Source of the DNA: Blasia pusilla
Taxonomy: Eukaryota
Assembly: GCA_050084515.1 (NCBI GenBank)
Contig: CM114271.1
Location: 5,828,001-5,892,000, forward strand
Direction of reading: 5' to 3'
DNA length: 64,000 nucleotides
Part shown: in pieces, positions 26,816-38,952 of the stretch
How positions within the stretch are numbered: the first letter of the stretch is position 1
Layout: each line of letters begins with the position of its first letter
The notes under the pieces: generated by a model
Databases searched by the model: none
Told to the model about the DNA's origin: nothing
Seen by the model: the letters and a program-made list of their open reading frames with translations, nothing else
Position numbers and translations under genes: made by a program

Positions 26816-26870
26816 GCGGGCAGGGACATGGAGACGCGCCAGCAGGGCGCGTCTCCATGTCCCTGCCCGC
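26816..26870. repeat. perfect 25-bp inverted repeat with a 5-nt loop
   Basis: GCGGGCAGGGACATGGAGACGCGCC-AGCAG-GGCGCGTCTCCATGTCCCTGCCCGC. Confidence 0.95.
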
Positions 26871-29800
26871 TTCTGTAGAGAGTCTGGCAGTCGCTGTCGT
26901 AGTGACGCGCCAACTAGAATATACGCCACTTCCGCGGTCCGTCGAGCCACGCGTCCGGAATCCGCATCGATGACCGAGACGTCTTTCCGGTCAGAGCCTA
27001 CCGTATCCCCACAGTCGGGAAGCCGTGGGGTGCCACGTCGACTACAGTACACAATCTCGGATACGCTTTGCTATATGGACGGTCCATGGTCCTTCCTTCG
27101 ATGTATGATTGGATGGCCCACATCCTCAAACTGCGCAGTCGATGCCTCCATAGCCTCCGCTAGCGCGGTCGCTATTGGCCCGTTCGGCCAGTCATCGACA
27201 AGTTTCCCGCCGTCGATTGTGTGCATGAAAAACAGTAGGTCGCGCAAGAGGCCTTGTTGTCACGAACAGAGTTGCCAGAGGAGAGAGAGAGAGCATCGCC
27301 ACCACATTGCGATCCGAGTAGAGGACAAAAGCCGCCAATAATTGCGAATCGTAATATACCTCGCGAGAGCAAAAGGAAAGAACATTCTACACGAGACCGC
27401 TTTCTCTCTCTCTCTCTGTGTCGGTCGCCCGAACGGCGAGTGTTTGGGATTTCCCGAAGATCCTAGAGTTAACCAAATGCCCTCTGGAGGTGGGACTACG
27501 TGCTGACGCGTGGGCGAATGGAGAATATAGAGCGCACCCTTAACCGGCTTCCGTGCTCCACATAGCTCAGGCTACGTTCTTCTCCGGGTGCATTCACATC
27601 GCCTTCACCGACAGCGTACTTCCTGCGGTGCGAACGGACGGACTTACGGAGGTGGCGCGAGTCCGTCGCCGCTAAACGTTTCAGCCCCAAAGCGCAGTTT
27701 TGGCGTTGAAACGCAGCTCGTCGCAGTCGTAGCAAATACGCGTACGTGCTGCTCGCGTGAGAGAAACAACACGTGTTGAAGCCACATTTGCACGTTAGCC
27801 CACAGCGCGTGGTATGCAATGCATGCATAATGAAAACATCTGCAGGTCCTCTCTCTGTCGCAAACGCGAAACACGTTCACGCACCCTCACCGACTGACAG
27901 ACGGACTTCCTCCGACAGACCGAACGGAACCTGGATCCAAACTCTGTGCACGATGTGAATGTATGTATGTACCGCCAGTCCTCGAAATCGGTCGTTGTTA
28001 GTGTAAAGTCGCCGACGACGCGAACCAACGCGTGACATGTGTGGAAAGGTGCTATCGTGTCATAGCCCTCTAACCTAAAAAGCACCACACTTTATAGTAT
28101 TTAGTATAGCTAGATTCATGATCTGTACTAACTAAGTATAGCTTTGTAGAAATTGTCTTCAGATAAACTCTTGGCTTAGAGTCGGATCTTCCGTTCTTCC
28201 GGGTTCGTGAGGATTTCCGGGACCGATTTTGTCCAGCGAGACTTCTGCGGTCTCGAATTCCGGATTAAGTTAGTCATGTTTGGATCTATTCATTTTCGGG
28301 TTTTCTAATTTGGGGTCAAATTATTTTAACCATGGGTTTAGGATGGATATCACATACTAAACATGCACTTTATTATAATAACAAACTTCAAAAGAAGACT
28401 AAAAAAAAAGTAATAAAGCTTGTGAAGAGGAGTCAACAAACGCATAACGGAATGCAAAAAGAAAATGGTAACGAGCTAACACAAGGACCAACTCAACGAG
28501 CTGTAAGGTCACTAAAACGTTTATTGTTTCAACATGTCACCTACATGAGACTCTCGGACAATGGACAATATGCCCCTAGCATGTCCTGACTCAAATATGT
28601 CAGCATGTACTTGTTTTGGTTGAAGTCCCTCTTCCTCTCTATCTCATTTCTAACCCCTCTCACACTGACCCGAGGATGAATGGGCGCAAGGAATTTCATT
28701 GGTATCTATTTCCCATCCGGTGCACGGACTCAGTTTTTGGGACCGTGGAGTGGTCACAATGGTATCGAAGTGCCCATGGGATCCAGATCTTAGTATTAAA
28801 AAAAAAAAGTTATGGGATATGATTAAAATTTTGAATATGGTAGGTACCGCGGTAGGGAGGACACATAATTCGATTCCTCATCGTAAATCGAAAGGTCACA
28901 TGTGGTTTGCTAAGAAGGAGTAAATATGAGCTGAGCGGTTGTCCTCCTTTATCATAGGATTGATTCAATGCCGACCTCCAACCTCATCTAAAAGCAATGT
29001 GATACATGGGAGAGTTCTTGTAGTGACTCCTTTTTCAATCATAAGTCCAACACCCTCAATCAAAGGGTCCCATTTTTCTAGAGCCATATTTCTTGATCAT
29101 ATAGGCCATGAAACTTATTAGTGATAGGGGTTATCCTTTGAGATCTTTGTCCAATCTTTATCTCTACAATCTTTACCCAAGATGTTGGTTTTCGCCCGGC
29201 TCTTTCTCTCATAAAATGAAACTCAGTTATAATAATCTATACGTCTAAGAAGGAATAACTAGCATTGATATAATCTGAATAATATGGAATCCATATTCAA
29301 GTTAACTCACTCACGTAGGAGGATGCATAGGCAAGTTATCATGTGGTTGATTCGGAGTGGTTGTGAATTACCATATGGTTAATGGGAGCTACTTTATATG
29401 ATTGGGAGTCTTTCCATTCTTTTAATGAAGGAAGTTGTCCATATGCTGACGGAGTCATCCTTGAGATGTAGTGGAGTACTTGCATCTATTGTCAAGAGCT
29501 ATAAGTCCTCCACATGTTTACCTTCTTCTCAAGTCAACACTTTCTAAAGTTCCAAACTTGAGAATCTATAGGGTTGAGGTACAAACTAGGTTAACATGAA
29601 AAAAGCGGGAATACAAAAAGATATTGGAAGACCGTGATAATAAAATTGATGTGAGGAGAAGAAAGAGGGAAAACTACAAGAATTTTTTTTTCTAAAAACC
29701 CCAAACAAAGGGAAAAGATGTCACTCATGTAGAGTTTTGTATCCATAAATCCAAGTTCCATAAATATCATCTTCGAAGGAAAATCTTATCTTCAATAACA

Positions 29801-30974
29801 TCACAAAGTGATGTGTAGTTTTATATTATGGCATCTCAAATATTGGTTGGACATAGAATGCCGTCATTTTTAATGCATATTTTGGTCATAGAGGCCATAT
29901 AAGGTAGATGTTGTCAATAAAGAAAAAGTTGAAATGTTCATTGGGATATGACACATAGGTTTTGGATGGAGTCCACTTTTTCCAAGAAAACTTGGTTGGC
30001 ACAAAAGGTATAAGAAGCATAGTGTAGGCACTAATCAACACCCATGGCAAATCTCTACATGCACAACAAGATCTTTTTTATCCTCTCATTTGAATGGCTT
30101 CAAATTTCGTTTTTTATCCATCTTTACGATGAATATTAGAAGAGTTTCCCTATGATCCTCTTTGTGTATTCTATCTCTATCTAAAAGGGAACAAAACTCA
30201 TAAGAATAACTTTTCTAGTGGAATTTGGTAGGGCATTAATGGAGTCTAAATTCTTGTATGTCTATTCTAGCCACAAGTTATAACAATGAACTCAACTTAT
30301 TCTTCAACTCTTACGCTACAAATTTCATACAAAAGTTAGTCATGGTTGGTCATTAGGCATAAGAAATAAGAAATAAGACATGAATATACATATTATTCAA
30401 AGAAAATTATGTCTAGCTCCCATCATTGTTCATTGTCAACCTATTCAAATATGTCAATAGGGGTTTTTTTACTTCCCATATGAAGAACATATGAAGATTG
30501 TAAAATATCCTCTAGGGTCCTAGAATTTGGAGAAAGTTGGCTTGTAGAAGGTCTTTTTTTAGTATTGCTCCAACCTCCTGATCTTATACCTACCTAACTA
30601 CACTCCTTATCTCTTCTTACACTCTTGTGGACAACAAGAGATTGTGATTTTTTTGATGAGATATGCTCAAATCTATGAGCAAATTCGTCTTGATATGAAT
30701 CCTATTCTCACTTTGGCACTTATTGTAAGAAATATCATAACAAGATACTAAGACTCCTAGAGCCTCTAATGGCACACCCAAAAAAATTTCACTTCCAAAT
30801 TCATATCCCTTGCTTGGATTCTTTTATGTTGCAAAGCAGGTTTAAAACACAATTACTACAGGCATATTTATATTATGGTTTACAATACATTACAAGTCCT
30901 TAGACCTTGAATATGGGAAGCCATCAAAAAATAATTTGGATTTCTCATATCATTTCAATATTGGTATTTTATTT

Positions 30975-31308
30975 GAAGTTATTTATACTATTGTAGAGAA
31001 CGGATCTCCATTTCTTTGCGTTCACCCAAGCGAATGGGTTTTTGAGACACGCTTAGGTTGCGGAAGACGCAAGTGTTAGAGGCCCTCTTGTAGGTAGTCA
31101 TTATTTTTTAGTTGTCGTTGATATTATTTCTACGGTTGGTAAGGTTAGACTTTAGAGGGTTCCCCTTTTTGGTCTATCCCCTTGGCCGAGTGTGGCCCCG
31201 GTATTCTTGGACTCTCGAAGTCTCCCCTTGTTGTTTTCCGATTGGATTCCACCATCTGCTTTTATTCATGTAATGTATTTCTTGTCTATACCAATAAACC
31301 AAAAAAAA
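30975..31308 (+). mobile_element. 5'-truncated 3' end of a CRE-like (restriction-like endonuclease) non-LTR retrotransposon
   Basis: Translates YYCRERISISL../QANGFLRHA; homologous to 61083-61455 (minus); ends AATAAA..A8. Confidence 0.55.
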
Positions 31309-32799
31309 CAGATGAAAAGAAATCCGTCAAAAAACTTACAAAAAATCACCTATGCTCCTAGATGTTAGAAAACATGTGATGAACGATTTGCCTCCCATTC
31401 TTAAGAACATTCCTTATTAGAATGTACTATTATATGCTAGATTCATTCGTGCGTGAAACAAATATTTTATAATTATGATTTGAGACGTTGATGGGCTTGT
31501 GATGCAAGTTCACTCATGTTGAGATTAGTTGATAAAAACAGTTTTTTCACCATGGGATGATGGAACGTTTTGTGTGTCGAGATTAGTTGATAAAAACAGT
31601 TTTTTCACCAGGGGTGTGATCTTGATGGTTCTTTCAATCTTCTTGTTCAACAAAGTTTTTCATCTCCAATTCTTCATGGACTAAAATTTATATTTAATTA
31701 TTTTTATATAATTCTTGACATGACATTGAATTCAGTTTTATCCAAATGCCTTTTATTTAATTTAATCGTGTCACGTATATATATGATAAGAAGACTATCG
31801 TACTACATCAAAGCCAACGATATTCGAGGATCTCTTACATCACTAGATGACAATTCCCATTCCCCAAGTTTCCAATGCATTCATTCATCCTCCCCCAAAA
31901 AGAGTGCCATAAAACTTTCAGTTGTGGTTTTCCTCGAAACAAAGGTGTACGCTTTGAGAGTGTGGTCAAACTCGAAATAAATAAATAAAACTTGTGAGGA
32001 TATTGGGGGTCCTCCATTCTTTGCATGTGACAATTAATGAATATTTATGAGTGTGTATTTTGAGATCCGACCCATATTCTTAGGTCTACTTTATGTGTTT
32101 CTTTTCTTTTTCTAAAGTAAATGGAAGAAATACTATTTGAGGAAAGACTTAAGAGCTTTTATGACTTGGGAAATGCTCGTATATAGCTCTTCGAGGCATA
32201 CACGTGTCGACATGTCTAGGTCCGAATTTAATTGAATTTTCCTCCATTAATATTTCTACCCTCATGAGTTTTTTGTTGCCGTGAGGTAGTCCAAAAGAGA
32301 GAGGAAAAAAAAGTCTTTCAGGTTCACATATTTGAGGAAGGGAATATTTTCAAAGGGATAGGAAGTTGGCCAATGATTGAGGCGGTAAATTATTCTCCTC
32401 AAACTATAGAATTGTGAAATTCTTTCTCCCAAAATAGTTTTATTATGTATGTGTACGGAATTTAAAATAAAATGATTGTTTGGAAATGGATGGTAAACAA
32501 CAAGGTCCCAATTTACTAACAATTTATTTTTATCTCTTTTGCCCTATATGTTAGGGAAAACTTTTTGGTCCCTTACTTTTCTAAAATGATTGATGGCATG
32601 CAATTTTAAGCTTGTGGAAATTGCATAATGCATGAATGCTCCCTAGCCTGGATTTGGTAGCTCCACTTTCTTAACCCACATTTTAGGCATAGGAGAAAAA
32701 ATTATTTCCCTTGTCCTTGTCCAATATTAGTCAAATGATGGAAATTTTTTTTGTTATGTCTTCTCAAGGGAAAGAAAGGAGATCTACTCCATCCTTTAA

Positions 32800-34722
32800 A
32801 TTATTGCATATTGCATCATTTTGAGGATATGTCCCATGCCATGAGTGGATGGTGCTTGACTATGGTAGGGAAGAGTGGGGTTCCTTGAAGACTCAACCTG
32901 ATGTAGAGTTGGCTTGTTGAAATTGGAACCTCTAGATGGCGTTTGGGTCCCTCCAACCCCAAATATTCAATCATCTTGTCAAGAATAACATGCATCTTTT
33001 TGGTGGTAAGATCCATGTGCTCCCTCGCCCCATTTTTAGTTTCCCGTATGAAATCCATATAACTCTTAAGGAACATAAATTATCTAGGATATAGCCATCA
33101 TCCTAGAGAAACATTATCCAAGGGTGGCATCAAATGTGTCTTATATCACTCTTGCCAGCCACCAATACATGCTACCATCATAGACACACTCCCACTATGA
33201 TCAAGGACCTCCAACCATCCAACCTTAGCCATAAATGTTTAACGATAACCATGCACCTCCAATCTTGAATGTCATATCACCTCACCAAAATTTCAAGATG
33301 ATCCCAAATTTGGTATCTCATATCCCTCAACATCAACTGACCATAGCACTTGTGTCCCTGATGAAAACCTCACCACTAAACCTACATCCATCTTCTCAAA
33401 GAAGTGAGTTAGTAACACACAATCTATCAAACACTCTCACACATCAAAGGGTGCCATCTTTTATTTCCCCACTACAACTTGGTTGCAACCCTCCATCAAG
33501 GCTTCACTCCAAAGTAAGAATCATGGCACAAAGCTCAATGTCCGCCACACAAGCTCTATCATCTCAAATGAACGTTGGTCCTCGGCCATCACCAAATCCA
33601 TATCCACCATGGCCGCCTTGGGATATTACACCATGACTCCTACCACCACCTAGTGTGCCACTAGATGTCATTCCTCCAATGCACATCTTTGGGTGGAGAT
33701 CAAAACATGGCTCACATGTGTGATATGGACATTGACCAAGGTCACACCACATAAATGGGCATGCTTCCCCACCTATTATGGTCCTTAATATACATTGCTC
33801 AAACTTCCTATGAAACTCCCACTATCGATAAGCACCACCACAAGTCCAATAACTTCTATGGACCTTTGGCTAGCCTGCAAAGGAGGGAATAGATGTCACT
33901 CTTGCAAGTGTATGATGCAATAGTCTTGCCACTATTGGTATCGGACTATGTGTTGACTCTCACATAGCTAGAAAAAACCATCCACTCTAAAATAGAGTTG
34001 AGCTTGATACACTCAAACGCCTTAAAATTTCAAACACCTGATCCAAAGTTGGCTCCTATATTAGAGTTACCCAAATAAAATCTAGCACATGCATGATGCC
34101 TCCACAGCTCACGTTAAATTGCTCCATATCAATACTAAATTTCTTTGTTACTCCTTGAGTGACCCATAACACAAAGCTTATTTGCATATAAGCCTCCCTA
34201 ACCTAAGGCTCTCTTCCGGAAGCTAGCAAAAATATTGGAACTCGCAAAATTTCTCATGGTAGTTCTTCTAGAACACTCAAAAGGACTCAACCTCAAGGTT
34301 GAACAAAGGTCGCACATGTGTCCCTCTAGAAGTGTTGGCACCTCCAGGATCACTCGCTTCGATGTCTACAATAGAGTCTACCTAAATATTGGAGTCATAT
34401 CCCTTTGGAATCTCCTACGACATATATCCTAGGTCCCAATACCATATAGAAGCTCAAATCTTTGTCATTTTCCAACATGCAAACTTATCATAGATGACTA
34501 TCAATGAACCCTTCAAGTGCTCAAGCAAAAAAGTTTCATACCATGAACAGGGTGAATGTTTAGGAACTATGGATCATGTGTTGTGCACAACAAGTATCAA
34601 ATGTTCCCATAAAGTCAGAGTGCTTTATCAAACCTTATGAAAACTGCCTTTGGCCGCTCACGAATCCACACACAACATCCATGTCATCATGCAAAAATAA
34701 GTTGACACCAACACTTTGATAC
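32800..34722 (-). mobile_element. old Ty3/gypsy relic (PBS-like site, gag zinc knuckle, protease remnant)
   Basis: Minus strand TGGTATCAAAG near 34722; WCDLGQCPYHTCEPCFDLHP (33564-33752) resembles the knuckle CDYxQRYGHTRARxFSLH of the DNMT family; HVILDKMIEYLGL..PISTS resembles its post-DSG protease segment. Confidence 0.4.
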
Positions 34723-35013
34723 CAACCTTTATTCTCTTAACCCCCACTCGAATATCCAAACTTCAAAGGGTGGTCAATAGTGCAACCCACTTAGCATATA
34801 ACCATGAATACTGATTGTTTTTGCCCAAAAAACTTGTCTCCAATCCACCCTTTCTTATCATACTTTGTGCCCTCTCCAACAATGTTCAATTCATCTACTC
34901 TACTATTCCATTTTGTTGAGGTGTACCCATGGTAGTAAATTGTTGAATGATTCTTTCATTCTTGCAAAATTGCTTGAATTCATATTACTTGCACTCTACT
35001 CCATAATGACATC

Positions 35014-35900
35014 TCAAGCAGAAGGTTGCATGTGAACAAAGTTTATAAGTGTAGTCCTGGTCAAGTTAGTGGACTTGAGTCTACCATATGGAGAGACAAG
35101 TTTGTTTCTTTGATTGAAATCCAAGATTAAGATGGAAACCTCCATAGGGATGAGAAAGGAAAGTCTACGATAATTTCTGTGCCATGGAGGGACTTGCCAC
35201 TTGTCCATTTTGATGCAAGCATGGCCAAGAAATTTGATCTCTTTCTTATTCATTTTTCCATGTTGATCTTCCATTCTTTGGGAATTATCAATACTTTAAA
35301 ATTTGGCTTCCTCATGTACATCCGCATGTTTCTAGAGTAATCATCCACAAATGAAACAATTTAAAATGCTCCTACTTTTGAAAGAATCGGTGTGAGTCTC
35401 CAAAAATCTAAATGTATTTCATCCAAATCCTCTTTTTTGTTATGGATTGCAGTGCTAAAATTTAGAATAAATTTTGTTGCCAATTTACAACTATTTGAGT
35501 TTGGCATATATGCCCGAGAAAATCATATGCTTGCGCAACTTAGGAACATATGTAAAAAAAATTAATGCTCATAAAGTCCCATCAAATATCATAATTAAGA
35601 TTGTGGAAATTCCTATGGTCTAATATGATATGATATTGCCCATCTGCATAGTTCCACCATTGAATATATTGTAGGTATGAAACTAGTCTTTTAAAAGAAA
35701 TATATGATACAAGCAACTAGAGTTAAGAATCAATCTATTGAGAAATTAATCACTTCCAACAATCATAGAAAAAACATTCTCAGCCTCACCATCTGAGTAT
35801 GCAGAACAAGTATTTTCATTAAATTTTGCTCCAACCTTGTAAACTTTAAGATGATCTCCCAATACATATTGATTGTATTCTATTTTTGACATTGAAATCC
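35014..35900 (-). pseudogene. decayed Ty1/copia integrase relic
   Basis: Minus strand IVSFVDDYSRNM at ~35325-35360; boundaries approximate. Confidence 0.5.
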
Positions 35901-36393
35901 AATGCTTATTCTACTTTGTTAGGGTTACATAGTAGCACAAAGGATTTTTTTGGCATTAGGGTCCAAGGGGTTTCTTTTCACATAACAATTTTTTAAGCGA
36001 GAAAATTTTATGCATGGAATGGAGTGACATGTAGACTGCAATATAGCAAGGGTGAGGGATGGATGAGCAACAAGATGATAACACCATAGTCATTAGAGGT
36101 GGGTGAGTTTTGATATTTTGTGGTGCATCTTGCAGAAGTAGGAGGTTTGACCAATTTGCATATTGGATATGGTGCTATGTGGTATTAGGGGTTTTTTGGG
36201 TGCATCCTTTTGATGTTGGTTGGAATGGCCCTTGGGGGCATATGGTTTTAAGTGTTAAGGTGATGTAGGGGTGAATTCCTAGGGATTTGATTATTATGAG
36301 ATACTTTTTGTATCCTTTGCAGGAATGTATGTGGGCCAAACAGGGATCAATCAAGTGGTGGACTTCTTTGTGTTGTCTCGATTGGGTAGTATA

Positions 36394-36712
<319 letters not shown>

Positions 36713-37952
36713 TAGATCATGTCTTAGGGATGGGTATCAAGCATGGAGGTTTATCAAATTTTTAAAGTGGGTGATGTGTTGTCATTACCCATGGTGTGTT
36801 GAGTGTGTGGTCTAGTATTAATGCTACTAGTGAGTAGTAGATGCTAGTGGTGATGTATGAGGCACCAAGTGGTTATTTCGATATTCTCTTAGAGTTCTAA
36901 CGGAGGTGTAGGTTTGAGTTCATATGGATGTGATGTGATGTGTTTGTGGTATGTGTGATATTTTTTAGTATATGTTTATAAATGTGTACAAAGATGTATG
37001 TTGTGTAGCAATGTATATGTGCATGATATGACGCCTTGTGAGAGCAACGATTCTGGTTTCTCTTGCGTAGAGGTACTTACAAGAGAATTGGCTTGCATAT
37101 CTTAGGAGCAGATGCTTAGAAGAATCATGGCATCTTGCGGTAGCTAAGGTGGTGAAAAAGCCATCTAGTTCAGAGATAGAGCAAGCCATGATTACAACAT
37201 GTGCAATGATTGTGGCCAACTAGGTCAAGATATTCCAATTAGTTGGTCCATCAAGATTTTTGGACCAACCACAACATGTTATCCTTGATTCAAGAGTGCA
37301 ATTCTTTATGTTGGGAAGGTGACATACTTAGCGATGGGGTTGCGGAAGCGAAAAACCATTCTATGTCTGGTTTCGATGTAGACCTCACTTGGAGGTACTT
37401 CCTTAATACGATACATGACTCATGATGAGATAGCAGTAAGGGTTCGGCCCAACCATCGTGTAGATAGTACGGTGGTGAAACCAACCAATTTGTATGATGT
37501 TTTGGTAGGGGCTACCACATTGAATCCACTAGGCTTCACACTTGACTTCTAGATTATAGGCTTCATGGAAAATCTTTTATTCTCCATTGCTATGGAGTGC
37601 AAAACTCATGAGAAGATATAGTATGGTAAATTAAAGTTGTAGATTAGTCTATATTCAAAGTATTTGGATGTCATGCATGTGCTCATATACAACAAGACCA
37701 TACGTCAAACTAAGTTGGATTTAAAATGAAGGAACCTTATCGTCCTTGGATATAAGAAACTTGTGAAAGGATAGAGGATGTGGGATCCGAGTGCACAATG
37801 GATAGTTACGAAAACTATCACATCTTTTAGGATAGATCGGCGAGATCTAGTAGAGCCACTTCAGAGATATTGGAGGACAACCTCAGGAGGTCGAGGATGA
37901 CCTGCTAAGGCCACGGGTAACCTGAGAGAGCAGGTTTCCCCTTTGTTTCGAC

Positions 37953-38654
37953 ATAGATTTGGTCATTGCACGTTGGCCGTGTTAGGGCCAATCGGGTGCT
38001 GGACGAGGTAGCGGGTTAGTTGACACTCAATCTCGGTTGTTTTGGGAGATGATGCAAATCTTGCGACACTTGCAAGAGCATGAGTCACGTTCTCCACCAT
38101 ACATTATGGAGAATGTGCCGATTTTGGGCGATTCGAGGTCCTGAGTGGTGACAAGTGCACATCAGGTGCGCGCATGGATCTGCCCGATAGTGTTGTTAGA
38201 CGCGGCGAGTGTAGGTTCATGAGCACATCACCCATGTCTTTGGTGGACCAACTTGGTGCTACATGAGGTTTTTCAGGGGGCGTATGCGCGAGTGGAGCAC
38301 CCCTCCCATTTGTTGGTGGATTCTACTTTGGATCCAGGTTTCCGATCACAATCAATACGACACGATGATTGACCCCCGTTGACTGTGGTCAACAGGATTG
38401 GCATGCCACGAGCAACCTTTCCCACATTGGTGAGTTTCCCCGCTTCCTATACATTCAAGGAGGCTAGGCCAAGCTTGGTTTGGGATGACCACGTACAGCG
38501 ATTGGTGGATCCTAATGCCGATGAGCGAGAGCGAGCGATGAGATTCCCCTCAAGAGTGACGACAATACCGTCACTATCAGAGGCATCACAACGTCATGTC
38601 TTGGATCAAGTGATGGACCTGAACTGCTTGACATGGATTTTTAGCTTAGGGTAG
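37953..38654 (+). pseudogene. C5 cytosine DNA methyltransferase, C-terminal part (motifs IV-X), DNMT3-like
   Basis: IDLVIARWPC*GQSGAG (IV), YIMENV (VI, 38109), H.P.LWWTNL (VIII), ERERAMRFP (IX), RHVLDQVMDLNCL (X). Confidence 0.88.
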
Positions 38655-38952
38655 TTGAGCACCATCGTTTGAGGTTGCGATAGATTACAGCTATTGCGTT
38701 GGTGAGCTGAGCCCCATGCATACCAAGATGGTGGAGGCAGTGGCTGGGGGCGAGACTCGAGTAGATCGACATACCATAGATGATCGGGAGAGACACCCTT
38801 GGATTTCTTCGAATATTTTGAAGGTACGCCGGGAGATGATAGCCACAACATCGAGCGTGGTTCCGGGTATTGCATGTGGAGGAGATCAGAGTTTGCAGTT
38901 GGCTATAGGGGAGCAGCCGAGTTCTATTGTCCAAGACGGGGTTGCACCATAG

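Noticed and set aside
26360-28088. Cluster of 60-180 aa ORFs on both strands
   Set aside because: Overlapping, Arg/Ser-rich, no recognisable domain; expected by chance in GC-rich DNA.
28920-30800. Possible LINE and copia relics (CGQQE..IYEQIR; TEFHFMRER)
   Set aside because: Too decayed to support without a database search.
31521-31610. Two identical 32-bp direct repeats with a 26-bp spacer (CRISPR-like)
   Set aside because: Only two units, eukaryotic context, no cas genes; a simple local duplication.
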